64,000 nucleotides of DNA from Octopus vulgaris (lineage: Eukaryota): assembly GCA_951406725.2 (NCBI GenBank), contig OX597817.1, forward strand, positions 60,264,001 to 60,328,000, read 5' to 3'. The first letter of the stretch is position 1, and each line of letters opens with the position of its first letter. The notes under the pieces are model-generated. The model did no database searches and was not told where the DNA came from. It worked only from the letters and a program-made list of their open reading frames with translations. The translations under genes were made by a program, and so were the position numbers. This document shows positions 1-14,599 of this stretch, one piece after another.

Positions 1-424
1 ATTTCGAGGCAGCGTCGAGATTTGAATGGTGTTGCTCTACATTTGACATTATGACCCCAACATGCTTCCGTATCTGCCGCTTCTGCTATTTTTCTAACCT
101 TTTCTTCGACACAAATAAATAAAGAAGCCGGAAAGGCGACATCTGTCGGCTGGAATTGACATTCTGCAGATTGTCTTGTCTTATTTTCTTTCTTTACTTT
201 CAATTTCAAATACCCTCTCTCCCCCCACCCCAATTATTCCTACTTTCATTCTCTCGATTTCCTTTCAGTCTCTTACCTTTCTTTCTTTCTTTCTTTCTTT
301 CTTTTCCTTTTTTTGTTTCTTTTTCCTATTTCAGAAAATTTCCTTTCCTTTACTTTTTCATTTGTTTCCCCACTCCTGTCTAAAAATGCACACACGCACA
401 CATGCATACATATATTGATGCATA

Positions 425-798
425 CATCATCATCATCATCATTGTTCGACCGTGGTCGAGACAATGGAATTTACCATGCTACGCCAGACTTCACGGTCCA
501 TCATGGCATTACGGAGGTCCTGTTGCTGGATGCCTGTATCCCTGGAGATTACATCAGGGTAGGAGAGTGTGCGCCCTCTGGTATTGCGAGTAGATGGCTT
601 CCAGAGGAGAAGAGGAGAAATTACCTCTTTTTCAGCTCTACAACAATGTCCAGCAAACTGGACTCTCCTACCTTTCACAAGAGATGACACAGATGGTAGT
701 TTCCCATAAATTTGCATTTTGGTTGGATGGCGCTTCCACGAGAGATTTTGAGCTCTCATAAGGAGGCGAGTGTAGGTTCCATCCAACCGCCTCTCAAT
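425..798 (-). mobile_element. 5'-truncated RTE-clade LINE (C-terminus of ORF plus (GAT)n tail)
   Basis: Minus frame reads IERRLDGTYTRLLMRAQNLSWKRHPT...RRVQFAGHCCR...DREVWR, typical of the RTE/RTEX post-RT region. The stop codon runs straight into a (GAT)n tail. Confidence 0.85.
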
Positions 799-1318
799 AC
801 ATACATACATACATACACATACATACATACATACATACATACATACATACATACATACATACATACATACACATACATAGATATACACACACATACACAC
901 ATATACATATATACATGCATACATACATACATACATACATATATTCATACATACACATTATTAGACATACACACACATACACACATATACATACATACAT
1001 ACATACATACATACATACATACATACATACATGCATTCATACATACATAGACATACACACACATACACACACATATACATACATACATGCATATATACAT
1101 GCATTTATACATACACATACATAGATATACACACATGCACACACATACATACATACATACATACATACACACATATACATACATACATGCATACATACAC
1201 ACATACACACACATATACATGCATGCATACATACATACATACATGCATACATACATGCATACATACATGCATACATACATACATACATATATATACATCC
1301 GTGCGTGTGTGTGTGTGC
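797..1318. repeat. Compound (TACA)n/(CA)n microsatellite
   Basis: Visible tandem repeat. Confidence 0.95.
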
Positions 1319-1376
1319 AATAAACCCACCCTTCCACAAGTTCAATTTGGGTTATAATCTTTGTGGTTTATACTGA

Positions 1377-2125
1377 AGCTGGCCAAAGGAAACATTAAAG
1401 AAAAGCACTGAGCAAACGGTTTTGGTGGAATAGCAACAGTTCCTGACCAGCAGGATTATTTCTCTAAATGTAGAATGTGTGAAGGTTCACGTGAGACTAT
1501 TGCTGTCGCTGTATGGGAAATGTCCGTAGCCCCCAAATCCATTCATCCATTCAAAGAGTGGAGGCGTAATATGATTTCTGCGATAATTCACAAGAGTTCG
1601 CATGTACAGCAGAGAGCCATAACAATTTTGTTGGAACAAAAATGGTAATCCTCGAAAACAAGGGAATGAAGTTGTCGTCGGTCTTCCCTAAACAAGCCAA
1701 ATGAAGAATACAATATAATAGACACGATTTTGTAGCTTTTGATAGGAAGAAGAAACTGCGTATGGCAGTCGGTGTGGCATGTCCGTTTGATAGGAGGGGA
1801 AAAAGAAAAGGGGATAAAAAGTAGATTACTACACTGACTTGAAGTATGAATGGAGAAATTAAAAAGGTCGTGATCTTGTCTATTAGTATGGGGGCCTTGG
1901 AATCAGTTATAAAAAAAAATTCAAGAGCAGAACTTTAAAATCTTGATCTTAATCTGGGATTAGGTGTAAATCTGTAAAGCTGTTTATTTGGTTCACCAAA
2001 AAGTCTTCAAAGGTTCTCAATACAAAATAAAAAAACAGATTTGAAGAGTAGAAAATAGAACCTTTTCTACAGAAGCTACAAAATGATCTTTATCCTACAT
2101 TTCACGGGTTGTAGCATGATGGGAA
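1377..2125 (+). mobile_element. Decayed R4/Dong-type (restriction-like endonuclease) non-LTR retrotransposon, 3' end
   Basis: Across frameshifts it reads W..ETLKKSTEQTVLVE*QQFL, SKCRMCEGSRETI (CCHC knuckle start), KEWRRNMISAII, NRHDFVAFDRKKKLRMAVGVACPFD (RPD..D RLE motif), ISMGAL and SCLFGS. This is the usual motif order of R4/Dong/NeSL C-termini. Confidence 0.75.
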
Positions 2126-2129
2126 GCAG

Positions 2130-2211
2130 TAACTGGTACTTATTTCATCGACTCCGAAAGGATAAAAGGAAAAGTCGACCTCGGCGGAATTTGAACTCAG
2201 AACGTGAAGAC
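2130..2211 (-). mobile_element. tRNA-derived SINE family A fragment
   Basis: Reverse complement of gttctgagttcaaattccgccgaggtcgacttt...aagtaccagtt, which recurs more than 10 times in the window. Confidence 0.85.
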
Positions 2212-2520
2212 CTAATGATTTATAAATAGCTTATTATTCAAGCGGCAAAAAATTATCAAGAAAGACAATTGCCGAAGATGCTGCGTAGTGGAATCGAAAC
2301 TGGAACCACATCTTTGCAAAGCGAACTTGTTAACCAAAACAGTCATTCTTCCACGAATGATATATTTGCATATTTTCTTATTAGAGCATTTGATTATATT
2401 TACAAAGATAAAATGGTGAAACAGGTCAGTCCATCTCAAATTCTTTGTAAACTCCTAAATATATCTCCTTCTTTGTGTATGTATATACCACCAAAATATG
2501 ACCTTTTTGAACTTATAATT

Positions 2521-2640
<120 letters not shown>

Positions 2641-2645
2641 TTATT

Positions 2646-3005
2646 ATGAAATCCTAGTTTTTTTTAGAACTTATTAATATTTTCTCAAGATTTTTCCTGT
2701 AAACTATTTTTAACATTTTCTTCTTATAATCAAAGAATGTATATATGTATTGTAATTTTTTGTGACAATCAGTACTTAACACAACAAAGCTCTTACAAAG
2801 CTTTCATATTTTACTTTTGACAATCTTATTTTTAATGAAATCCCAATATTTTTAATGAACTTTTTAACATTTTCTCAAGATTTCTCCTTGTAAACTGTTT
2901 TTAATATTCTCTTCTTCTTATTATCAAAGAATGTATTGTAATATTTTGTGACAACCAGTACTTAACACAACAAAGCTTTTACATGTTACTTTTGACAATC
3001 TTTTT
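2646..3005. repeat. Diverged tandem dimer of a ~185-bp AT-rich unit
   Basis: The blocks atgaaatcc...ttttctcaagattt...cagtacttaacacaacaaagct...ttacttttgacaatctt occur twice head-to-tail. Confidence 0.8.
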
Positions 3006-3066
3006 GTTAAAAAGTGAAACCGGTCAAGTGAATGAACATCTTTTAAAATTGGATTTTCAAACCTTC

Positions 3067-3124
<58 letters not shown>

Positions 3125-3131
3125 ATACATA

Positions 3132-5167
3132 TTCTTTTCTTTTCCTAGTTTCAGCTAGGGAGCTGCGGCCATACTGGGGCACCACCGTTTGGTTTGCTAC
3201 ACTTTCACTAAACCTCTTCTGATGCGTGATATTTGGTGGATGATGGGGCTTGACGTTGCTGCCTTCATCTGCGTTTCTTGCTTTGCGGTAGATTCATCGG
3301 GAACTCTTGACAGAAGGAGACCTGGTTTTGTTTTGAAACATCCACGCCATGCACGTCTCTCGGGCTTTGTGGAAGGATATTGAAGAAGTGTGGGCCTTTC
3401 AAGCGCAAAGTATGGCAGTATCTGGTCCTGTATTCCGATGGCAATGATGGTGTTTTTGGTACGCTGCAGTGGTGCTCCGTTCTGCTGTTTGTATCGAAGT
3501 TTGGTACAAGTTCTTCTAAGATTTTCCAGTTGTATATTACTGTGTTTCTTTACCGCCTTCGTTCTCGGGAGTAGATTCCTCACACTTTCAGTCTCACCCA
3601 GCAACTGATATGTCGCATTGAGACGAGCTTTGTATAGCTTCACTGGATTGCTTCGAGCTCTGTTGTCAATTTTACAGTTTGTTAGCCACAACTGATAACA
3701 GTAATCGAGACGGCTGAGGATGAATTTCTTCCAGAATGCCGGCATGGTTTCTTGTTCTCTCGTTCTGAAAGTTCTAAGGATCCACCCGACCAACCGTCTG
3801 CATTTTATTGCCAACTTAGTAATATGTACTTGGAAAGATGCATCACATGTCAGTGCTCAGTTCATACACTGATTTTGATTCAGGAATTGCAATCACTTCT
3901 GGGCCAATGTATCCTATCTGCTTTTCATTCAGCTTCGTGTGTTGATAGCGCAGGGCTTGGAATTTTCCAGCATTATACAGCATTTTATTCCCCTCAGCCC
4001 TCCTGTATATTACGTCCAACATCTGTTGCAGATGCGCAACGTCTCCAGGGTTCTGTATACTCTGAGAATCTTTTGTGTCATCTGCATAACTAGCAAGGGT
4101 GGCTATCTCGGTAGTTGAGGGCATGTCTGAAAGGGCCACTGAATAGCAGCGGTCCTAAGACAGTGCCCTGTGGGATACCACTCATTATTTGTGTTTCCTT
4201 GGAGGTGGCTCCGTTGGCCACCACTTCCTGACTTCTATCTTTTAGAAAGTCGTGTAGGTATTCTCCAAGTTTTTTTATGACGCCAAGATTACGTAGCTTA
4301 TGACATATACCATGGTCGACTTTGTCAAAGACTTTTGCAAAGTCGAGATATATCGCCTCCACATTTGAGTTGTTGAACAGTTGCTTTATCACCCAGTCGT
4401 AATGCCGCAAGAACTGTGTCAGGCAGCTTCTACTTGGTTGAAAACCATGCTGGGAGTCAGTCAGCAAGTCATTCTCTTCAAGGAATACAATTAATTTCAT
4501 TCGGACTATAAGTTCCATGACTTTGCTGATGAGTGAGGTCAGAGAGATAGGCCTATAGTTTTTAGCATCTGCTGCCTTTATGAATAGGGCGTATTGTTCC
4601 CTCCCTCAGTTTGTCCGGGAGCTTACCATTTTCAAGGAAGCTGTGAAAAAGAAGCTGCAGTGGTTTTGCAAGGACTCGTTTAGATGACTGGAGAAGGATT
4701 GCTGGGAATCCATCGAGGCCAGCAGCTGAGTTTGTCTCTACGTCATCTAGTGCCAGTATTACGTTCTACTCTTTGAAGTTGATGTAATCAATGGTTACTT
4801 CCTCCCTTTTGTAGCGGTAAAGAATTCAACAGGTTTGCTAACTTGCATGTGCCATAGGGGTTGGGTGAAAACACTTTTGAATTGTTCATTCTGTGTTTCA
4901 CTTACCCTCATTGGGATTCCCGTGAGGGAACCGTCATTTTGGAGGAGTGGCCTTACCTTGCAACGTACGGGGGCAGTTTCTTTACGTACTTTAAGGCTTC
5001 ATTTTATACTTTTTATAACCAAGGATTCTTTGTCTGCTCTTTCATTTTCATGGGAGCGTTTCAGATGTTTTTCAATCTCCAGGCAGGACATTTCACTGCC
5101 GTTGAGTTCTCTGTTGAGGCGGTTTGCAATCTTTGTTCACCGTCTCATAAGAATAGACAACTTGACA
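3132..5167 (-). mobile_element. CR1/L2-group LINE, 5'-truncated, frameshifted RT pseudogene with intact 3' end
   Basis: Minus strand reads NYRPISLTS, QHGFQPSRSCLTQ, YLDFAKVFDKVDH, SGIPQGTVLGPLLF, YADDTK, GWILRTF and SRLDYC. The 3' end is a stem-loop followed by (GAAAA) repeats. Confidence 0.9.
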
Positions 5168-5749
5168 GCATGTTAATTATGATAAATTATAATGGTTATT
5201 GACAATTTGTCTATTTTCGGCATATTTGGCATTAGAATTTTTCTTTTGCCCTTATTTTATAAGTTATTTATAAATTTAACCTTTAAAGGTATTTTTTAAT
5301 ATGCTGGCCATTGATAAAATTTTTTTCGAAAAATTTTATCCTGCATTAGATGCCAATTTAATAGTGTTCACTTCCGGACTCTCTCACTCTGTGAAAGTTT
5401 CTAGTTCGAATCACACGTGTCTCGAGATGTGCTGAAGATTTTCTAATTTGGATATATTTGGGATATTTAGGTCTGCTCAGGACTTAGTGCTTGCTTTTTC
5501 CATGAGTATGAGTAAGTATTTCATTTATGTCTTACGTATTTATCGCTGAGGAGGAGAAAATTCTTATGAATTAACTCTGAAATTGGGACCAATACGGTAA
5601 TAACGGAATTTTTTTTAGAAATTTCTATCGGCTTGTTTCGAGACGCATGTTAATTGTGATAAATTATAATGGTTATTGACAATTTGTCTATTTTCAGCAT
5701 ATTTGGCATTAGAAATTTTCTTTTGCCCTTATTTTATATGTTATTTATA
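5168..5749 (+). mobile_element. Retrozyme-like / PLE-associated non-autonomous element: 477-bp unit plus 105-bp partial second unit
   Basis: 5168-5272 repeats directly at 5645-5749 (about 4 mismatches), and the unit contains a complete hammerhead motif. Confidence 0.7.
5540..5600 (+). ncRNA. Type I hammerhead ribozyme (complete, monomeric fold)
   Basis: Stem I ttatcg/cggtaa; CUGAGGA 5546-5552; stem II ggag-aa-aattc-ttat-gaatt-aa-ctct; GAAA 5579-5582; stem III attgg/ccaat; cleavage triplet AUA ending at 5594. Confidence 0.8.
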
Positions 5750-5879
5750 TATATATATATATATGCATGTATGTATGTGTGTGAGTGTATGTACGTGTAT
5801 GTTTGTGTGTATGTATGTGTGTATGTGTGTGTGTGTATGTATGTATATGCCTATATATGTATGTGTAAGTGCGTTTGCG

Positions 5880-6090
5880 TGTGCCCCGACCTACTGCTTG
5901 ATAACCGGTGTTTATTTGTTTTCATACCCGTGGCTTAGAGGTTCGGCAAAAGAGACCGACAGATTAAGCATCAAAGTTAAGAAAGAGAAAAAAAAAGAGA
6001 AAAAGGCAGTTACAGTTCGAGTTGTTTGACTAAACCTTTCGAGGTGGTACCACAACAAGTCTGCAGTCCAATGATTGAAACGAGTAAAAG
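5880..6090 (+). mobile_element. SINE family B, 3' half
   Basis: gcttgataaccggtg...ggttcggcaaaagagaccga...gattgaaacgagtaaaag matches the full copy at 18522-18980. Confidence 0.75.
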
Positions 6091-6099
6091 GACAGACAG

Positions 6100-6174
6100 A
6101 CAGACACAAACACACTGACACACACACACACACACACATAAACACACACACACAAATACACACACACAAACACA

Positions 6175-6242
<68 letters not shown>

Positions 6243-6357
6243 AACACACACAAACACACACACACACAAAACACACACAACACACACACACACACAAACA
6301 CACACACAAACATACGCACAAACATACACACACACTCACTCACACACACACACACAG
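6100..6357. repeat. (CA)n-rich microsatellite
   Basis: Visible tandem repeat. Confidence 0.95.
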
Positions 6358-6807
6358 AATTTGAAGATCTCAGAAGTCGTAGGCGGCCAACTACATAATG
6401 CAAAAGACTCTCGGATAAAACTCTTATAATTTTAAACTCTGGTATTCTGCCACTCAGCTGCCGAACTCTGTACAATGCGTCTAAGCGATGGCTCCATGCA
6501 TGTGCACGCGTCTTCAAGTAATTGCCTGCATGTTTATGCCATAGAATAAGCAGAAGCGAATGCAATATGTGCTTTCGTCATTAGCCGGTAGAATGAAGAT
6601 GGAAAAGCCAGGTGTTCGTTGTCTGTTACATACTGGGTAGCCGTAGAGGCGGTGGTGGTGGTGGTGCCGGTGGTGGTGATGTGGTTGTTGCTGCTGTTGT
6701 TGTAGGTGCTGGAGGTAAGTGTGGTGCCTGCGGTGGTGATGTTACGTGTAGAATGACATAAGAATTACCTTATAAGGGGAAAAGAAAAAAATGGTATAAC
6801 GAGACAA

Positions 6808-8160
<1,353 letters not shown>

Positions 8161-8226
8161 CATAGCATTTCTGTCTGTGCATGTCTGTACGTGTGAAAGG
8201 AAAGCGTTTTACTTGCATTGCATTAT

Positions 8227-8259
<33 letters not shown>

Positions 8260-8829
8260 TTTGGTAATTTCGTTTCTTTTCTGTTTGTGTTGTCTTTATT
8301 CCAGCAGCAGTAAACTGATATATTTCTCAGAGGAGTCACATTGGCGCGAAGTTTCAAACAAACTGACGAGACACCACGATTAACGAACGATATTAACCGT
8401 TTGCCAGTCCCGTGTAACGGACGACATATTTCCCTGGTGTCCTTGCATCATATACGATACACATTCGCAGTTTTTAAAAATTTTATTTTAACCACCAGAG
8501 TAACTTGGGAGTTAGGAAATGAAAGCTCTATGTTACTCAGTGCAGGTAGAACGAGGGCTTACTGAAAATCTGAAAACAGCGAGTAGGATGCTCAGGACAA
8601 ACTTATGAAAACCCTTTAAACAAGCAAGGGGCTAGATAGGTATCGAAAAGGCACGTAGTGTAGTTGACTGAAATGATGCGGTTTATATGTGAGAAGCTGA
8701 TCGCCCCACTAAGTCCTGAAAAGAAGGCCAAAGACAGCTTCGGCGTTGTTCGAAATCGTAAAGTAAAAAATTGGTTTACTTAGTTTTGCTTTGAGACTTT
8801 GGACTGAAAAGGTCAGAGCTAAACCCAAT

Positions 8830-9056
8830 TTGTATGGCGTATAAGTGACTGAGATCGCAACACTGCCCATCCCCGCTGAACGGAATGCAGGTCCGTCGCG
8901 GAGTTGATTTCTCAAGCTATTACTGAGACACATTTACAGCCGAGCAACGTGGAATAAAGTGTCTTGCTTAAGAACACGATTCACTTCCTCGTCTGGGAAT
9001 GGAAACCGCGATCTTACGAATGTGCGCACAACTTCTTAACCACTAGTCTGCGCGCG
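8830..9056 (-). mobile_element. Degraded tRNA-derived SINE family C (CORE-like central domain)
   Basis: aaagtgtcttgcttaagaacac...aaccgcgatctt...taaccactag, the reverse of a tRNA head plus CORE-like ttgagcaagacact. Confidence 0.6.
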
Positions 9057-9751
9057 AAATAGTCGAATGGATTCTGTTCTTGTACGTTTGAACTCTGCCA
9101 TCTCAATCAGACTCAAAACTTCAAAAATAGTCATCGTCATTATCGTCGCCGTCGTCATCATCGTCATCGTTGCTATTGTTGTTGTTGTCGTTGTTCAATT
9201 CCAGGTCAGCCCTGATCGAGCTGACACATGATTAAAGGTATTTCACTCTCGAATATTATATTCCATTCCATTCTGCCCTATTCTCAGGATCAGTACTTCC
9301 TGGACCAAATTATCTCTCCCTCACCAAGACAATAAGGTGTGATTTCAGGTATATTTCACTACTATTTCTGGCGGTTTAAGCGACCTCTCAGACGCTCCTC
9401 TGTGACTAAGAAGTTCGCTTTGAAACTATGCAGTCCCATTGCGTTGAATCAGGGGCAACTGACTCACCCCACCCTATCTCTCTTTGTGTATATACATATA
9501 AACAGACACACAGACACACAGACACACACACGTCCCTTTCGCATTCTGATTTCTCTGTCAAATGTTTATTCATTATAGACTTTGTTTTGTATTAATCATA
9601 GATTATCCCGTCGCTCTGAAATATTGATGATGTGATTGTTTACTTTGAGAACGACATTGCAGGTGAGTGTGAGAGGCCAGATCTTGCCAGTTTGAACAAA
9701 AACAGGCAGAATATTTGGACTGAGTATGGCCGATTGAAATGCTAAATCTAT

Positions 9752-9826
<75 letters not shown>

Positions 9827-10056
9827 TATCTTGGGAGGGTTCCATCTGAGGTCTCTTGTCAATCACAGTCTTCTTCAGCTAGTCTCAGCTGCCATACCTA
9901 TCTGTTGTTAGAACTGGATGACAAATGAAATCTTGAAATGCAGTGGGCCATGAAAGGATTTTTTTACGCTTTTGGATGACATTCAGCGTTCGTCAACAAG
10001 TTTCTCACTCACTTGTCATTTGTGAATCTCGGATTTTTTTCCATAAATTTTCCCAA

Positions 10057-10310
10057 GCGCTTGGCTTAGTGGTTATGGTGCTGCATTCACGATTGCAAGA
10101 TCGCAGTTTCGATTCCTGGACCAGGCGGTGCATCGCTTTTCTTGACACCCCACCCCTACTTCGCTTCATGTTGCTTCAGTCCAGTCAACTGTAAACGCGC
10201 CTCCCTGCAACGGACTGGGGTCCCGTACCAGGGCAATGTTCTGATATCGACCACTTACCCACCATAGAAACCCGGGTGACCGCTTTATGAGTCCTAGGAC
10301 TCGACACAGT
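10057..10310 (+). mobile_element. tRNA-derived SINE family C
   Basis: A box ggcttagtggtta, B box gtttcgattcc, followed by a ggactggggtcccgtaccaggg V/Meta-like block. Confidence 0.7.
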
Positions 10311-10964
10311 GATATCCGCGGGGACTTACTCGGGCAAATGCGAAAAAAAAAATACAAAAATCAACAGCAGCAAAAAAGAAAAGCAGACCATTAAAGAAGT
10401 AAAAGTTGTTGTTTTGTAGCGAGAAGGCCCCGTTTGTAGTCGGTTTGTAGTCGGGTTGGTTGTCTTTTGCTTTCTAACCGTTTGTTGGTTGGGGTTGTCT
10501 AGATTTGGTTGGCTTGCGTAGCAGTTTGTGTCTGTTGACTGAAATAAATCTGGGATTCCATTTCCATTTTCGGGAGGGAAGAACTAGGAGTCATTTATTA
10601 AAGTGTCAGACAGACATTCTGAACAAAGGCAGCAATCAGCATCTGGGCAAAGACTGTGTTGTTTGTGTTGCTGTTGTTCTTCTTGTTGTCTACTTCTAAT
10701 TTTATTGCCATTCTTTCAGTGTGTGTGTGTGTTTGTGTGTGTGTGTGTTTGTAAATGTAGGCTTCTACTAATATGCATGCACGTACACATATGCGTACGT
10801 ATATGCATACGTACGTCAGTATGCCTGTGTATATGTGTACATGTGAGTGTATATGTGTGTCTGTGTATGTGTAAGTATATGTCTGTGTATGTATATGTGT
10901 GCCTATGTGCATATCTCTATATGTGTCTCTGTGTATACATATGCGTGTGCATGTGTGTGTCCGT

Positions 10965-10996
<32 letters not shown>

Positions 10997-11658
10997 GAGG
11001 ATGTGCACATTGCTTTAAAAGTCGGTCTCTTTCTACTTGGCCTAGTCTCTGCTATTTCTAACCTTTTTGAAAAAACAGGTACAAATGAATAACGGAATGT
11101 GTGTCCTTTTAGCTGGAATGGCAGAATGGAAGAGTGGAATGAATGCCCACGCCCTGCTCCCACATCACCTTCTTCCACTCTAATACAAACAGATTAGGCA
11201 TTCGTGGTGAGGGCAGCCCTTCTCCAAACCTCTTCTCCGGCCCACCTCCGTTCCCTTACCTCTCACCCCCATTTCTCATTATTTCTCGTCACTGTTTTCA
11301 GTTCATTCAGAGAAGAGACTAAAGGTTGTGAATGGAGGAGGAAAAGGATTGGCGAATGATATTTGGAGTGTTTGGCGCCGTGGAATTTAAGACGGGAGAA
11401 AAATCCAGAGTGGAAGGCAATCGAAGGAACGAAAATGAAAAAAAAAAAAAAAAAGAATACAAAAAAATAGGGGAAAAAAAAACCGAAATCCAGAAAAAAG
11501 AAAAACAAAGAATGTAAATTAAAAAGCAACAACAATCAAAACTTCATAAACAAGTTTCTCCCCCACCCCCACCCCTAACTGAAAACTGGAAGAAGAACAA
11601 CAATCACAACAGCAAGAACAACGATGGTAGTTCAATTCTTGGAACAATAAAACATTAG

Positions 11659-11659
<1 letters not shown>

Positions 11660-11746
<87 letters not shown>

Positions 11747-11980
11747 ACATCTCGTCATTGTCACTGTCGTCGTAATCATCAACATCATCATCAACAACAA
11801 CAACAACAACAGCAGTAGCAACAGTAGCAGCAGAATCATCATCATCAGTATCATCATCGTCGTAGTCGTCGTTATCCTCCCCTCCTCCTCATCATCATCA
11901 TCAACAACAACAATGATGACAACAAAGGCGATTGAGTTGATGAATAACAATAACAACAACAGCAGCAGCAGCAGCAGCAC
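11660..11980. repeat. Compound trinucleotide repeats (AAC/TAC/ATC/AGC)
   Basis: Visible repeats. Confidence 0.9.
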
Positions 11981-12586
11981 TGAGGAGTTCTTAAGATTGG
12001 AAGAAAGCCACAGATATGTAGACGTCTGCACTCTTCCTCACAAAAAGCTGTGGTTTGGTGCCAAAGTTAGACAACCATGATTAAGATAGAATTGTTCAGA
12101 GACTACAAAGATATGACGGACTCATTCAGAGATTCTTCATTGTGCGGTTTTACGTAATTTGGGAAGAAGCTAGAAATGGTACACGAGTCTGCATGTGCGC
12201 ATTTGTTGCCTGCCTACATATACTATAACTCTCTCTCTCTCTCTCTCCCTCTTTCTCCCACATAGACACACATCAGAACAGGAGATTGGAAAAATTATTT
12301 TGGCATTATTCACCATTACACGTGTTTTGTTTGCTAATAGGAGTTACACAATAGTACATGTAGGAACAATATGTCTTACATGTTTTTCCTTCATGTTGTT
12401 GGTAATGATGACGATGATAATGATGACGACAACAGCGATAAAAGCGACGACGAGGGCAGCGATGACTATGATGGTGATGACGATGCATGCCTCACGCACA
12501 AATATAAAATCTACATAGAATTTTGGAGCTCTGGAATAAGGAGACGTGCTTCGAGAGTATACAGCTTGGATTTATGACAACCCTAT

Positions 12587-12793
<207 letters not shown>

Positions 12794-13242
12794 CGCACAT
12801 GATCAGAATTAAACTGGAGATTCTGTTAAAGATTTAAAAAACTTTTAACATGATAAATTATATAATCTTTACACGCGTTTCATTAACCAATACTAGCTTT
12901 AAATACATAAATACACACCCGCCCACACATTTATATATTAATGTATGCATTTAAATCGACTTGTAATAAAAACAACTTAATTTTAAACTGAAAAGTTACT
13001 CAATACTTTTGTCGATCTATGATACTTTTACAAGATGAGGAGTGACAAATTCCTCCAAAGTTGACTTTGCCTTTTATCATTCGTGGCTCGACAAAACCGA
13101 TTCATGGCCTCACTCAAAGATTACTGCCTTGATTTCCAATTTATGTAGGAAATCATTATTAAGAATCAAAACCTTACGAGTCTCTGGTTTTACGATTCTC
13201 AAATCAGTTCTGGTCATGTTGACTCCTGGTCAAAAGATTTCC

Positions 13243-13597
13243 AAGGGTGTGAAGACAACACCCAAATTCATTTGCCTGAGGTTATGTAGTGCTGACCATC
13301 TTAAATAAGGATGAAATGGTGCTGTATATGACTCCAACAACATAGCGATATATGGTGGTTTGCTATGGTAGGGGAGACAACCCCTGCTGGATTAAGTTTA
13401 AGTGGGATTGGAAGTTTGAATTTTAAATCAAAGAGCAAAGAAGACAGTGTACAGATTAAATATTTTAATTTGTACACATTAAATATTTACTTTTTCTTAC
13501 ATATTACAAAGGCCACATATCGCCATGTTGTTGGAGTCATATACAGCACCATTTCATCCTGAGGCAAATGAATTTGGGTGTTGCCTTGACACACTTC
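13243..13597. mobile_element. MITE-like fold-back with bipartite inverted arms
   Basis: 13243-13277 pairs with 13562-13597, and 13308-13355 pairs with 13513-13560. The left arm has a 30-bp extra segment. Confidence 0.65.
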
Positions 13598-14599
13598 CGG
13601 TTTTCAGAAAGTGATTTGAGCGACCACGGAGATGCGATCTCCTCTCGTGCACATTTACGGTCTGGTTATTGTACTCGGTTCTCCAGAGATATTCATTTGT
13701 CAGATAAAATCGTTCCATTCCAACTTGGCACTCCATCGGCATGTGTATGAAAATATAAATTTATTCAAATTTCAAAAACGATAAACAAAAGTTGCAAAGG
13801 CAGAACAAACCTGCAACACCAACCCAAAAAAGAAACCACCACGATAAAAATATTTTTCGTGTTAATTTAAATTACATTAGAAAGGATTAAAATAAATGGA
13901 AAAGAAAAAAAATAAATTTATCTGACATCCCAATACATATTATGATAAAAAAATATAAACTAGCAATAAGCGTTATAAAATGTTATGAAAGAATGTAACA
14001 CTCTACAAAGAAGGGGAGGCATAAAGCAAGAGAATGAATGAGAAGGAAAAGTGTGGGTGGTGATGGTGCGAAGAAATGAAGATTATAAAGAAGGACAAAA
14101 GAAAGTGGAGGGATACGAAAAGGAATAAATGAAGGCAAAAGACGAAGAAACACGGGCAAAGCGGCAGTGGGGGGGGCGGATCTGAAGAAAGAAAGAATGT
14201 TAAGAATACATACATACATACACACATACATAAATACACACACATACACACACACACACACACACAAATGCATACATACATACATACATACATACATACA
14301 TACATACATACATACATACATACATACATACATAAGAAATGGATGTAAATGAAAGAATGTTAATGAAGCGAGGTTGAAGAGGCTTTAAAGAATAAAAAAT
14401 TGACAAAGATGGTAGAAAAGAATGAATAGACTTTTCATAATAAAAGTCATTGAAGAAAGGCTAAAGTATCGTCTGCTAAAGTATCGTCTGGCAAAACAGC
14501 TCCAATGGCTACGAAACAGTTAAAATGGCTGTGTGATTTCAAGATTTTCATGCTTTGTACTTTTTATTTTTAGCAAGTCGAGAGGCTTGTGGATTTTTA

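Noticed and set aside
2646-3005. CRISPR-like or structured array
   Set aside because: Only two long diverged units with no repeat-spacer pattern, in a eukaryotic context.
8360-8403. ctgacgag...cgaacg hammerhead-like string
   Set aside because: No GAAA and no stem II pairing.
11519-12080. Long open trinucleotide-rich frame resembling a poly-T/N/S transcription-factor exon
   Set aside because: Composed of shifting triplet repeats, with no recognisable domain or clear splice sites.
14444-14532. Possible hammerhead (ttgaagaa...cgaaacagtt)
   Set aside because: Core C3 is missing, stem II is disrupted by a 15-bp duplication and stem I is out of register. At best a decayed relic.
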